Assembly (NCBI GenBank): GCA_947625535.1
Contig: CANQOR010000001.1
Location: 2,661-66,660 of the forward strand
DNA length: 64,000 bases
Source: an uncultured Bacilli bacterium
GTDB lineage: Bacteria > Bacillota_I > Bacilli_A > RF39 > UBA660
Reading direction: 5' to 3'
Below, in pieces: positions 50,088-60,026 of the stretch. The notes below the pieces were generated by a model that was given only the letters and a program-made list of their open reading frames with translations, had not been told where the DNA came from and did not search any database. Made by a program: the position numbers and the translations under genes. The first letter of the stretch is position 1; each line of letters begins with the position of its first letter.

Positions 50088-51086
50088 TTATTTGTTTTTT
50101 TGGATAAAGTTGTAACCGTCACGGCACATTTCTTCAATACCTTTTTCAGCTTGCCAACCTAATTGTTCTTTAGCATAAGATGGATCAGCATAACAAGCAT
50201 CAATATCACCAGGACGACGAGCAGCTATTTTATAATTTACTTTAACACCATTAACTTTTTCAAATGTTTTAACTAAATCTAAAACACTGTAGCCATTTCC
50301 AGTACCTAGATTATAGCAATCTACACCTTTATCTTTTACGACTTTATCAATAGCTTTTAAGTGTCCTTTAGCTAAATCAACTACATGGATATAATCTCTT
50401 ACTCCTGTACCATCTGGTGTATCATAATCATCACCAAAGACATTTAAGCAAGGAAGTTCACCAACAGCTACTTTAATAATATATGGCATTAAGTTATTAG
50501 GTATACCATTAGGGTTTTCGCCAATTAAACCAGATTCATGAGCTCCGATTGGATTAAAGTATCTTAAGATAGCAATACTCCAATCATTATCAGCAACATA
50601 TAAATCTTTTAAGATTTGTTCAATCATTAATTTAGTTGAACCATAAGGATTTGTTGTAGATAATGGGAAATCTTCTTTAATTGGTAAAGATGCTGGTTTA
50701 CCATAGACAGTAGCACTAGATGAGAAAACAATCTTTTTACAATTATGTTTTTGCATTACTTCTAATAAAGATAAAGTTGAATCTAAGTTATTACGATAAT
50801 ACATTAATGGTTTAGCAACTGATTCACCAACTGCTTTTAAACCAGCAAAATGGATAACAGCATCTATTTCATTTTCAGCGAATATTTTTTCTAAAGCATT
50901 TTTATCACATACATCATTTTCATAAAATTTAACTTCTTTACCTGTAATGGTTTTTATTTTATCTATTACTTCTTTTTTAGAATTACAAAGATTATCAATG
51001 ATAACTACTTCATAATCACTATTTAATAGTTCACATACAGTATGGCTACCTATGTAACCACAACCACCTGTAACTAATATTTTCAT
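50088..51086 (-). CDS. galE: UDP-glucose 4-epimerase
   Basis: GGCGYIGSH, HFAGLKAVGES, YGSTK, LRYFNP. Confidence 0.97.
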   Translation of the reverse strand: MKILVTGGCGYIGSHTVCELLNSDYEVVIIDNLCNSKKEVIDKIKTITGKEVKFYENDVCDKNALEKIFAENEIDAVIHFAGLKAVGESVAKPLMYYRNNLDSTLSLLEVMQKHNCKKIVFSSSATVYGKPASLPIKEDFPLSTTNPYGSTKLMIEQILKDLYVADNDWSIAILRYFNPIGAHESGLIGENPNGIPNNLMPYIIKVAVGELPCLNVFGDDYDTPDGTGVRDYIHVVDLAKGHLKAIDKVVKDKGVDCYNLGTGNGYSVLDLVKTFEKVNGVKVNYKIAARRPGDIDACYADPSYAKEQLGWQAEKGIEEMCRDGYNFIQKNK

Positions 51087-51187
51087 AATATTCCACCTCT
51101 CATTTATATTTTTATTTTATCAAATATTTAATTAAACTAAAACCTTTTTTTAAATATCATAAAAAAAGAAAAGATTAACTTTTCTTC

Positions 51188-51727
51188 TTAGTAATTTTCA
51201 CTCTTTAATTCAAAATAGCTTTGAGGATGAGCACATACTGGGCAAACAGCTGGAGCTTTTTTACCAATAACTACATGACCACAGTTACGGCATACCCAAA
51301 TAGCATCTTCATCTTTAGAGAATACTACTTTATCTTCAACATTCTTTAATAGTTTTCTATATCTTTCTTCATGAGTTTTTTCAATAGCAGCAACTGCTCT
51401 AAATTTAGCAGCAATAGCTTTAAAACCTTCTTCATCAGCTACTTTAGCAAATTCTTCATACATGTCTGTCCATTCATAGTTTTCACCTTCAGCAGCAGCA
51501 AGTAAGTTTTCTTCAGTAGATGGAATTTCACCACCATTTAATTCTTTAAACCACATTTTAGCGTGTTCTTTTTCGTTATTTGCAGTTTCTTCAAAAATAG
51601 CAGCTATTTGTTCATAACCATCTTTTTTAGCTTTAGAAGCAAAATAAGTATATTTGTTTCTTGCTTGTGATTCACCAGCAAATGCAGCCATTAAATTTTG
51701 TTCAGTTTTTGATCCTTTTAGTTCCAT
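51188..51727 (-). CDS. rbr: Rubrerythrin
   Basis: [12 protein letters not shown], ExxH motifs, CRNCG...CPVC. Confidence 0.95.
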   Translation of the reverse strand: MELKGSKTEQNLMAAFAGESQARNKYTYFASKAKKDGYEQIAAIFEETANNEKEHAKMWFKELNGGEIPSTEENLLAAAEGENYEWTDMYEEFAKVADEEGFKAIAAKFRAVAAIEKTHEERYRKLLKNVEDKVVFSKDEDAIWVCRNCGHVVIGKKAPAVCPVCAHPQSYFELKSENY

Positions 51728-51834
51728 ATTAATTCCTCTTTCCTTTTATATTTAGCATGATATTCTTTTTTAAATATCATCGTTATTATTATATCATTTT
51801 TATACTTAAAGTCAACGAAAGAGATATGTTTATT

Positions 51835-52158
51835 TTATTTCTTTTTAGCTATTTTAACAGCTGTTCCATAAGCAATTATTTCAGCTGCTGATGACATTAC
51901 TTGAGATGAACCATATCTTACTCCAACAACAGCATCAGCACCTAAACTTTTAGCTTCATCAACCATTCTTTTAGTAGCTATTTGACGAGCTTCTTTAATC
52001 ATTTCGGTATAACCAGATATTTCACCACCAACAATAGTTTTCATTCCAGCCATAAAATCACGACCAATATTTTTAGATTGAACTACTTGACCTTTTACAA
52101 TACCTAAAGACTCCGTTATTTCATAACCAGGTACATAATCAATACTTACTAGCTTCAT
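51835..52158 (-). CDS. YbjQ/UPF0145 family protein
   Basis: GRDFMAG...VGGE, GADAVVG, AYGTAV. Confidence 0.9.
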   Translation of the reverse strand: MKLVSIDYVPGYEITESLGIVKGQVVQSKNIGRDFMAGMKTIVGGEISGYTEMIKEARQIATKRMVDEAKSLGADAVVGVRYGSSQVMSSAAEIIAYGTAVKIAKKK

Positions 52159-52783
52159 CTTCTTCACCTCCATTTATTTCCTTAATTCTTATAATTAAAT
52201 TAATGATAATAGCTATAACTGGTATTAAAAAAACTAAAGCTAATAGATAACCTAAATTAAATGAATTAAATTTATCTTCCATATAACCAATATATAAAAA
52301 TACGATAGTTGGAATAGAAAATAAAATACCAAAAATTATACTTGATAAGACAGCACCAATTATTTTTTTAGTTTTATTAGATTTTGTATCACGCATTGTA
52401 AAACCTTCTTTATTTAATATATTTATATTTTGAAAATATTTAATTATATCTATATCTTCATATGTTTCATTATTTTCAATTATTTCTAAACACATATTTT
52501 TTACTTTTTGATAATTTTCTTCTTCATCTTCAAGATTTTTAATTCTTTTTATTAAACAATCTTTTAATGATAAGTTATGGTTATTTAATTCTTTTAATTC
52601 ACTAATAGGAACACCTAGTTCTCTTAAAAATTTAATTATTTTTAATTTATTTAAATCTTCTTCAGTATATAAGCGATAATCATTATTTTGATTACGTTTA
52701 GGATTAATTAGTCCTTCTTGCTCATAGTATCTAATAGCTTTTTTAGATAGATTAACTATATTTTCTACTTCATTAATAAACAT
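52139..52783 (-). CDS. MerR-family regulator with C-terminal TM helices
   Basis: AIRYYEQEGLI.P.R..NDYRLY; two TM at the C-terminus. Confidence 0.9.
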   Translation of the reverse strand: MFINEVENIVNLSKKAIRYYEQEGLINPKRNQNNDYRLYTEEDLNKLKIIKFLRELGVPISELKELNNHNLSLKDCLIKRIKNLEDEEENYQKVKNMCLEIIENNETYEDIDIIKYFQNINILNKEGFTMRDTKSNKTKKIIGAVLSSIIFGILFSIPTIVFLYIGYMEDKFNSFNLGYLLALVFLIPVIAIIINLIIRIKEINGGEEDEASKY

Positions 52784-52805
52784 AATAAACTCCTTTCATA
52801 TTAGT

Positions 52806-52836
52806 AATATAGAGTATTACCTAAGGTTAAGGTCAA
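52806..52836 (-). promoter_or_regulatory. MerR-type promoter/operator
   Basis: TTGACC-19 nt-TATATT with dyad ACCT-T-AGGT in the spacer. Confidence 0.7.
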
Positions 52837-52871
52837 GTACTTTTTTAAAAAAAGAATCTTTTTTAAAGATT

Positions 52872-53612
52872 CTAATTTCTAGCTGCACCATCGACTTGTA
52901 AGATAACACCAGTAATGTAACTTGCCATATCACTTGCTAAGAAAAGGAAAGCATTAGCTATATCTTCTGGTTTACCAATACGACCTAATGGAATTGTTTT
53001 AATTAATGGTTCAATCATTTCTTTAGGTAAATTTTTAACCATATCTGTTTCCGTAATACCAGGAGCAACAGCATTTACTCTAATACCAAATGGTGCTAAT
53101 TCACGGGCTAAAGACTTAGTTAAGCCATTAACAGCAAATTTAGTAGCAGGATACATTACTCCACTTGGTTGACCATATACACTAACCATTGAACTAGTAT
53201 TTAATATAACACCTTTACTCTCTTTTAAGTAAGGAGTTACTACTTTAGAACAAACGAATACGGCTTTTAGATTTAAGTCAGTTATTTTATCATATTCTTC
53301 AATAGTAAATTTATCTAATGGTGTACTAGATGATAAACCAGCATTATTGACTAAAATATCAATATGACCATATTTTTCTTTTATTTCAGCAAATACTTTA
53401 CTAACTTCTTCTTCACTAGTTAGATTAGGAAAATAACCACATACTTCGTACTTGGAATTTTCACTTTGTAATTCACTTAGAGCTTTATTAACGCTTTCAG
53501 CTTTAGAACCTAGTAAAGCAACTTTAGCTCCATTTTGTAAAAATTTACGAACTGTTTCTAGTCCAATTCCACGAGTTCCCCCTGTAATAATAGCAACTTT
53601 ATCTTTTAACAT
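52872..53612 (-). CDS. SDR oxidoreductase, probable 3-alpha-hydroxysteroid dehydrogenase (BaiA-like)
   Basis: TGGTRGIG, NNAG, NTSSMVSVYGQPSG..YPATK, VDGAAR. Confidence 0.75.
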   Translation of the reverse strand: MLKDKVAIITGGTRGIGLETVRKFLQNGAKVALLGSKAESVNKALSELQSENSKYEVCGYFPNLTSEEEVSKVFAEIKEKYGHIDILVNNAGLSSSTPLDKFTIEEYDKITDLNLKAVFVCSKVVTPYLKESKGVILNTSSMVSVYGQPSGVMYPATKFAVNGLTKSLARELAPFGIRVNAVAPGITETDMVKNLPKEMIEPLIKTIPLGRIGKPEDIANAFLFLASDMASYITGVILQVDGAARN

Positions 53613-53704
53613 ATTAATTCCTCCATCTATAGTATACTATATTAATTATTTATAAAGTATATTTTTTTAAAGATAACATAAACTTATTAATAGAAAGGAT
53701 TTAT

Positions 53705-54160
53705 ATGAAAAAGATATTAAGAAGTTTATATTATTTGTTTTTACCTATTATATTAGGTAGTTTAATTGGTTTATTAATTAAAGATAGTATTGATTATGAA
53801 GTATTAATTAAACCTTTTTTAGCACCGCCTAAAATATTTTTTCCTATTGCATGGTCCATCATTTATTTATTAATGGGTATTTCATGGTTTAAATTAAAGA
53901 AGGACAATCTAGCAGATAGTGATGATGCTTTAATTTATTATAGTCAGTTAGTTGTTAATTTATTATGGAGTATTATTTTCTTTGTATTTAAATGGTATTT
54001 AGTTGCTATTATATGGATTATATTATTAGATATATTAGTTTATTATATGCTATATCTATTTAATAAGAAGAACAAGTTAGTTGTTTATTTAAATATTTTT
54101 TATGCTTTATGGATTACTTTTGCTACTTATTTAACAATTGGAATATATTGGTTAAATTAA
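53705..54160 (+). CDS. TspO/MBR family protein
   Basis: LIKPFLAPP..FPIAW..IY.LMG, QL..NLLWS..FF, W..FATYL. Confidence 0.92.
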   Translation: MKKILRSLYYLFLPIILGSLIGLLIKDSIDYEVLIKPFLAPPKIFFPIAWSIIYLLMGISWFKLKKDNLADSDDALIYYSQLVVNLLWSIIFFVFKWYLVAIIWIILLDILVYYMLYLFNKKNKLVVYLNIFYALWITFATYLTIGIYWLN

Positions 54161-54171
54161 AAAAGAAATTC

Positions 54172-55314
54172 TTATTCAGAATTTCCATTAAATTTTTCTT
54201 CAAGCATTTTTATAGGTTTTGATTTATCTTTCATAATACCAGATATTGATTCATCATGATGAATAGTATAAATTATTTCAGCTACTTCTTTAGAACAATC
54301 ACAGATATGTAACCATTTATATTTTAAATACTCTTTAGGAATATAAGATAAGTTTGTCGTATATAAGCCATCGAATTTACCTTCTTTATAGTATTCTTCA
54401 AATTTCTCTACTCCTTTAGTAAATAAAGCATAAGTAACCATTATATATATTTTTTTAACATTACGTTTCTTTAGTTCATCGATAACATCAAACATGCTAC
54501 CACCACTAGATATCATGTCATCTGAAACAATAGCTGTAAAACCATCAAGTTCGGGATTACCAGAATAATCATGAGATATAACTGGGTATTTACCATCTAC
54601 TAAATGATTATAATCTCTTTGTTTAACAAAACTACCTGCTTCACGATGAATATGATCATAGTTAAAACTATTTAAATAGACATTACGTCTTCCAGTTGCT
54701 CCGTTATCAGGAGCGACAAATACTAATTTTTTTAAACTACTTTTTGAAGAATCTTTGATAAAAGCTTCTAAGATAGTATTAGTGGCATAGAAATTATCAA
54801 ATTCCATATTACGTATGGCATGTTCTACTCCTTCATCATGAGCATCAAAAGTAATAAAACTTTTAACACCATTTAACATATCTAATTCATGAAGAGACAT
54901 ACCGCACATTAAGTTTTCTCGAGTATTACGACGATGTTGACGACCATCATATAATAATGGCATTATGATATTGATACTTTTAGCATGACGATTACAAGCT
55001 CCAATACCATCTTTTAATTGCATCATTATATCATTAGGACTTGTATGATTAATTAAACCACGCATTTTATATTCTAAAGAATAATTACCTACATCAGTTA
55101 AGGTAAAAATATCTTTACCACGAACTGTTTCTTTTATTTCTACTTTAAGATGACCATCATCAAAAAAGATTTCATTCATTGGTAGTAAAAAAGTATATTT
55201 TTCTTTATCTAAATTATACATTTCAAGTAAATGTTCATTTACTTTTTCGCCTAATTCTTTGGCACTTTCAAAGACCATTAATCTTAAATTATCTTTTTCT
55301 ACTAATTTTTTCAT
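54172..55314 (-). CDS. prs: Ribose-phosphate pyrophosphokinase family protein
   Basis: F.DG, TVRGKD, MP.LY.GRQ, DAHD, APDNG, DDMISSGGS. Confidence 0.82.
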   Translation of the reverse strand: MKKLVEKDNLRLMVFESAKELGEKVNEHLLEMYNLDKEKYTFLLPMNEIFFDDGHLKVEIKETVRGKDIFTLTDVGNYSLEYKMRGLINHTSPNDIMMQLKDGIGACNRHAKSINIIMPLLYDGRQHRRNTRENLMCGMSLHELDMLNGVKSFITFDAHDEGVEHAIRNMEFDNFYATNTILEAFIKDSSKSSLKKLVFVAPDNGATGRRNVYLNSFNYDHIHREAGSFVKQRDYNHLVDGKYPVISHDYSGNPELDGFTAIVSDDMISSGGSMFDVIDELKKRNVKKIYIMVTYALFTKGVEKFEEYYKEGKFDGLYTTNLSYIPKEYLKYKWLHICDCSKEVAEIIYTIHHDESISGIMKDKSKPIKMLEEKFNGNSE

Positions 55315-55478
55315 TCTACTCCTCATATAATATATTTTTTATTAAATAAGATAAATCTTTAAACCTATAAAACCACCCCAATTCATTATTACACTACATA
55401 TTGATTATAACACTTAAAAAAGTAAACGGATATGTTTACTTTTTATTTTTTAATTATTTTGTCTATATTATGTCTTAT

Positions 55479-56363
55479 TTATCTAGTAAAGTATTTATGA
55501 GCTTTAGGTGTTAAAGTTAATTTAGATTCACTATTAGTACTAATTGATTTATTATCCATAAATTCATTTAGTAATTCTTCTAAAGAGGAATTACCATTTA
55601 TAATACGATTTATATAAGATATGATATATTCTTTAGTGCTATTAGAACCATAGTAATATTCCGCAAACAAGTTATAAGCTCTAATATCAGAAATTATGTA
55701 TTTAGCATCTTCTAAGGCATCATCTTTACTTTTAGATATGGAACCTTTAGAAAATAAATATAATTCTTTACATAAAATATCTAGTTCATGTATACGACGA
55801 GAATCTAATGCTCTTAATAGTCTTTCTTCTTTAGCTAGTATGGAAGCTATAACTAATTCATTAAAGATACTTAAGACTTCAGCATTATAATATTCTTTAA
55901 TGGCTCCTTTTAAGGCATCTAAAGAGGCATGAGTTATTTCATGAGTATAAGAACAAGATGTTAATTCAGTTACAATACTATTTAATAAGATACCTTGAAA
56001 AACAATTGGATATTCTTTATTTGGAAGAAATTCAGTTAATAAAGCTCCAAAACATATTTCATCTCTTTTTTTAACGGGATAAATTGGTAAATCTAAAGGA
56101 TTTATTTCGCTTATTTGATATTTTTTAAATAAACGATGTTTAATATAGGGAACATTTTTTAAATCATAAAATGAAGTAAAGAAAGCACGACCATCATGAG
56201 TAGCATCTTCAATAGTTGTCCTATGAATGGGATTCATTTTTTTATTAGTATCTAATTCTTTTAATTTATCTATAGTTTGAATTAATTTAAAATCTGGGAC
56301 ATATAAACCATATACAGTTTTATAACCTCTTCGATATATTTGTTCATTAATAGATATTGTCAT
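55479..56363 (-). CDS. HEXXH putative zinc metallopeptidase, paralog 2
   Basis: SYTHEITH...YNAEVLSIFNEL. Confidence 0.6.
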   Translation of the reverse strand: MTISINEQIYRRGYKTVYGLYVPDFKLIQTIDKLKELDTNKKMNPIHRTTIEDATHDGRAFFTSFYDLKNVPYIKHRLFKKYQISEINPLDLPIYPVKKRDEICFGALLTEFLPNKEYPIVFQGILLNSIVTELTSCSYTHEITHASLDALKGAIKEYYNAEVLSIFNELVIASILAKEERLLRALDSRRIHELDILCKELYLFSKGSISKSKDDALEDAKYIISDIRAYNLFAEYYYGSNSTKEYIISYINRIINGNSSLEELLNEFMDNKSISTNSESKLTLTPKAHKYFTR

Positions 56364-56365
56364 TA

Positions 56366-57238
56366 TTAAAACCTTCTTTTTAAATACATATTCATATCAT
56401 CTTTATTTTGACTATTAGTAAAAGTTATATTAAATTTTTTTAACAATCCTTCTACGGTTAAACGATGATTAAAGACTTCTTGAATATAATGCATTATTTT
56501 ATATTTAGTTTCCTTATTACCATAATAGTAAATAAAGAATAATTGGTAAGCTTTTAAAGTTGAATGAAGATATGAAGTACCTTCTATTAAGACTTCTTTT
56601 ATTTTATCATCATAGGTAGTTGCATACTTATCTAGTTCAATAATAGAAGATTGTAATTCTCTTAAACGTAAATTATCATGTAAGATTAAAAGACTTTCAT
56701 CTTCTTTAGTTTCTAAAGCTTGTACTAGTTCTAAAAAGATACTTAAAAATTCAACATTATTATAATCATTAACTATTCCTTCAAAATGATTTAATTGTGT
56801 ATGAGTTAATTCATGTGTATATGATAAAGATGATACTTCAGTTAAGTTTGATGATAATTCTATCCAACGATATTTTAAGAAGTCAGTAGTATTAAAATAG
56901 ATTATTTCATTAGAACAACCATAAAACATATCATTATTTTTTACTTTTTTAACTGGTAAATTAAAAGGATGAATATAACCATTAATTTCTATTTTAGTAA
57001 CATTAAATAATTTATATTCTTTAACATATGGAATGGGATTTAATGTTAAATACTTAGATAAAAATTCACGACTTGTTTTTAAAACTTGTTTTAGTTTTTC
57101 TGGATGAGCTTCAATATTAGGTTCGGGCATTTTATCAATTAAACTAGCTATCATAATTAGTTCTTTACTAGGAGGGATGACAGCTGGTATTTCTTTAAAA
57201 CGACGGAATTTAATTTGTTCACTGATATTATGTTCCAT
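56366..57238 (-). CDS. HEXXH putative zinc metallopeptidase, paralog 1
   Basis: SYTHELTH...NNVEFLSIFLEL. Confidence 0.6.
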   Translation of the reverse strand: MEHNISEQIKFRRFKEIPAVIPPSKELIMIASLIDKMPEPNIEAHPEKLKQVLKTSREFLSKYLTLNPIPYVKEYKLFNVTKIEINGYIHPFNLPVKKVKNNDMFYGCSNEIIYFNTTDFLKYRWIELSSNLTEVSSLSYTHELTHTQLNHFEGIVNDYNNVEFLSIFLELVQALETKEDESLLILHDNLRLRELQSSIIELDKYATTYDDKIKEVLIEGTSYLHSTLKAYQLFFIYYYGNKETKYKIMHYIQEVFNHRLTVEGLLKKFNITFTNSQNKDDMNMYLKRRF

Positions 57239-57320
57239 ATAAATTGTCCTTTCATTAGTTGCTTATTATAAGTTATCTATATTTTTATGTCAAAAAAAAG
57301 AAAAAATACCAGGGTATTTT

Positions 57321-57773
57321 TTACTTATGTTTTTTTATAACATCGACTTTTATTTTTCTTAAAGTAAATAATGTTACTCTATTTCCACAATTAGGACATT
57401 TAGCATGATTAATTCCTCTTTTATTAGGTAATGGTAGTTTTAAAGTAGTATGACATTTAAAACATTTTTTATATACATATAAATTACGATCTTGATAATT
57501 TCTTATAATATTAGTAAATGGCTTTTTTATCTTTTTTATAATATTTAAGAATTTTTGATTTTCTTTATAACGAGTACTCTTTTCTTTAGATAGTAAACGA
57601 AAGATAATAAGACCAAATAATAAAAGTGGTATTAAATCACAAATAAAGTTATGAGTAAATAAACTAATTATAAGAGTAATTAACCAAATAGTAATTAAGA
57701 AGCGATTTAGTTCATCTATTAAGTTTAATAATATGGTTTTAATACTAGGTAGTTGACCGTTGTTAAAAGGCAT
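57321..57773 (-). CDS. Membrane protein with C-terminal zinc ribbon
   Basis: DELNRFL, two TM, CFKC...CPNCG. Confidence 0.7.
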   Translation of the reverse strand: MPFNNGQLPSIKTILLNLIDELNRFLITIWLITLIISLFTHNFICDLIPLLLFGLIIFRLLSKEKSTRYKENQKFLNIIKKIKKPFTNIIRNYQDRNLYVYKKCFKCHTTLKLPLPNKRGINHAKCPNCGNRVTLFTLRKIKVDVIKKHK

Positions 57774-57788
57774 TATATTCCTCCTTTG

Positions 57789-58346
57789 TTATTTTATTTT
57801 AGTTCCATTAGTAAGAATGTTATCAATAAAAGATAGAAAGTCTATATTACTAGGTGGTTTATCATATTCATAAACAGATAATGTTTTTAGTTCTTCATCT
57901 GTTAAATCAGAGAAAGATTTAGCATAAGAGATTTGATGTTTACAAATAGATGAAAGAGCTTCATCTAAAGTATTATACGGATGAATACCACGATTTAGAC
58001 CATCTGAATGTTCAAAGTGATAGTATTTATTATCTTTTTGATAAATTAATAAGGTATGAGTTGGTCCGCCATTTTCATATGGTAAATTAAAAATAAGAAA
58101 GTATGTTTTAAATTGATAGTTATGTTTAGTAAACCAATCTCTTTCTAATTCTACTTGATCGTAACAATGACCTGTTTTAGTTTCAAGGAGTTTTTCAGGA
58201 GAAGATAAAGTCCAAGAAAGAATATTAGCTTCTGCTTCATCACTATTACCAAGATATTTATGACCTTCTTTATTAACATAACCATAATCAATAATATCCA
58301 TAAATTTTAGTAATTCTTGAGGTGTTTTTATATCTTCATATTTCAT
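57789..58346 (-). CDS. Transglutaminase/papain-like fold protein
   Basis: GHCYDQVELER, PTHTLLIY, YHFEHS (Cys-His-acid triad). Confidence 0.65.
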   Translation of the reverse strand: MKYEDIKTPQELLKFMDIIDYGYVNKEGHKYLGNSDEAEANILSWTLSSPEKLLETKTGHCYDQVELERDWFTKHNYQFKTYFLIFNLPYENGGPTHTLLIYQKDNKYYHFEHSDGLNRGIHPYNTLDEALSSICKHQISYAKSFSDLTDEELKTLSVYEYDKPPSNIDFLSFIDNILTNGTKIK

Positions 58347-58350
58347 TTTA

Positions 58351-58983
58351 TCACCTTATTTTTAATATACATTTAATGTTATCATCTAAGAGACTAGCAA
58401 ATTTTTCACCATCTTTTAAAGAACCAACAATACTACCATAATGAGTTGGAATAACATAAGATGGTTTTATTTTATTTATCCATTTAGCAGCTTCTTCATA
58501 GGTACAAGTAAATGTTCCACCAATAGGAATTAAAGCGATATCGCAGGAAACGTTTTTAACTTCTTCAGTGACATCGGTATCACCTGAAACATATAAACGT
58601 TTATTATTAATAGTAATAATATAACCAACATATTTATTATTTTTAGGATGAAATTGTTTATCTATATTATAACTAGGTACTGTTTCTACTTGATAATTTA
58701 AAATATTATATAATTCATTAGGGTTAACACCAATTATATGGCGATTATTTAAACCACTAGATAAAACTTTAGGAGCTATACTATCAGGTATAACTATTGT
58801 TGTGTCACTTTTCATAACTTTTTTAATTGATGGAACATCAAAATGATCATAATGATCATGAGTTATAAAAATTAAATCAGCATCATGAGTTTCTTCTTCG
58901 ATTTTAAAAGGATCAAAATAAATTATTTTATCAGTAGTTATTTTAATACTACTTTGAGTATTTATTTCTATATTATCAATCAT
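58351..58983 (-). CDS. MBL-fold metallo-hydrolase
   Basis: DPF, THDHYDH, SGDT, PIGG, IPTHY. Confidence 0.9.
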   Translation of the reverse strand: MIDNIEINTQSSIKITTDKIIYFDPFKIEEETHDADLIFITHDHYDHFDVPSIKKVMKSDTTIVIPDSIAPKVLSSGLNNRHIIGVNPNELYNILNYQVETVPSYNIDKQFHPKNNKYVGYIITINNKRLYVSGDTDVTEEVKNVSCDIALIPIGGTFTCTYEEAAKWINKIKPSYVIPTHYGSIVGSLKDGEKFASLLDDNIKCILKIR

Positions 58984-59629
58984 TATTATTCCTACTTTCT
59001 TTTTCATTTATATTATTAATTCTTAGATATTCTTTTTTAAATAATGAATCATTATAAATTATTTTATTTAAGTCTTTTAAAAATTTATCATATTCATCAT
59101 CTTTAAAATACATTTTATCTTTAGCATAACCATTGGTACCAAATTTTTCTTGCATATGAAGTTGAGATTCTTTAATTATTTCATCTAAAGGCATATCGGG
59201 ATTTTTTTCAATACGATAAGTATATGTTCTTTTAAAAGGACTTTCAATATCGGTATTACGATCTGCTGAAGAGACAATACAACCATATATAGTATGGGGT
59301 TTAGTTGACTTAGAAGCTCGATGTTCTTTAACAGCTTCGGACATAATATCTATTTCTTCTTTAGTAAACCATTTTAATAAGTTTTTATCTTCTTTTAAGA
59401 TATTAGAACCTAGTAGTTCATGATTTTTAGCATCTAAATGATGAGCTATATCATGATAATAAGCAATTGTATAAACCATATTTAAATTAATATTAGGAAC
59501 TTCCTTAGCAAATTTTAAACTACGTTTAATAACATAATTAATATGGTCCATATTATGTCCTTGTTCATTTAAATTATTTAAAGGAGCTATATTGTCTTTT
59601 AAATAACTCTTTAATTCTTCATTTATCAT
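58976..59629 (-). CDS. HD-domain phosphohydrolase
   Basis: GHNMDH, YHDI, EHRAS, SADR. Confidence 0.88.
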   Translation of the reverse strand: MINEELKSYLKDNIAPLNNLNEQGHNMDHINYVIKRSLKFAKEVPNINLNMVYTIAYYHDIAHHLDAKNHELLGSNILKEDKNLLKWFTKEEIDIMSEAVKEHRASKSTKPHTIYGCIVSSADRNTDIESPFKRTYTYRIEKNPDMPLDEIIKESQLHMQEKFGTNGYAKDKMYFKDDEYDKFLKDLNKIIYNDSLFKKEYLRINNINEKESRNNND

Positions 59630-59645
59630 AAGTTATACTCCTTTC

Positions 59646-60026
59646 TTATAATTCATCTATTATAAAAGGATTATTTTCAATAGCATTTACTAATTCTTCA
59701 TTAGAATAATTATTTTCTTCTTTAAAGTCTTCTAAATCAAAAGGATCTAAATTTAATAAATAAGGATTAGTATCAAATAATAAGTTAAGATTATGAAAGC
59801 CTAGTTCAATAAATTTATTTAAAAGACTTACTATATCTTCTTTATTACGAGATAGATATTCGGGATTTGAAGTAATAATGTTTTTTATAATACGTTTATC
59901 GCAATGAATAAGACTTAAAATATCAATTAAGATATTTAATTCTATCTCATCTAAAAGATAAGGATTACTTTCTAACATATCATTTATTTCTTCTTCATTA
60001 AGACCTAGTTCAATTAGTTTTTCCAT
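59646..60026 (-). CDS. Short acidic mTERF-like repeat protein
   Basis: Units such as LGLNEEEINDMLESNPYLL and LGF...LFDTNPYLL. Confidence 0.6.
   Translation of the reverse strand: MEKLIELGLNEEEINDMLESNPYLLDEIELNILIDILSLIHCDKRIIKNIITSNPEYLSRNKEDIVSLLNKFIELGFHNLNLLFDTNPYLLNLDPFDLEDFKEENNYSNEELVNAIENNPFIIDEL

Noticed and set aside
55315-55478. Riboswitch upstream of the prs-like gene
   Set aside because: No purine or PRPP/ykkC-type aptamer motif or terminator recognisable
16708-55890. Other short plus-strand ORFs (16708, 20776, 26498, 30316, 32364, 35313, 41619, 46659, 47642, 48182, 53452, 55696)
   Set aside because: All overlap well-supported minus-strand genes and show no recognisable motif
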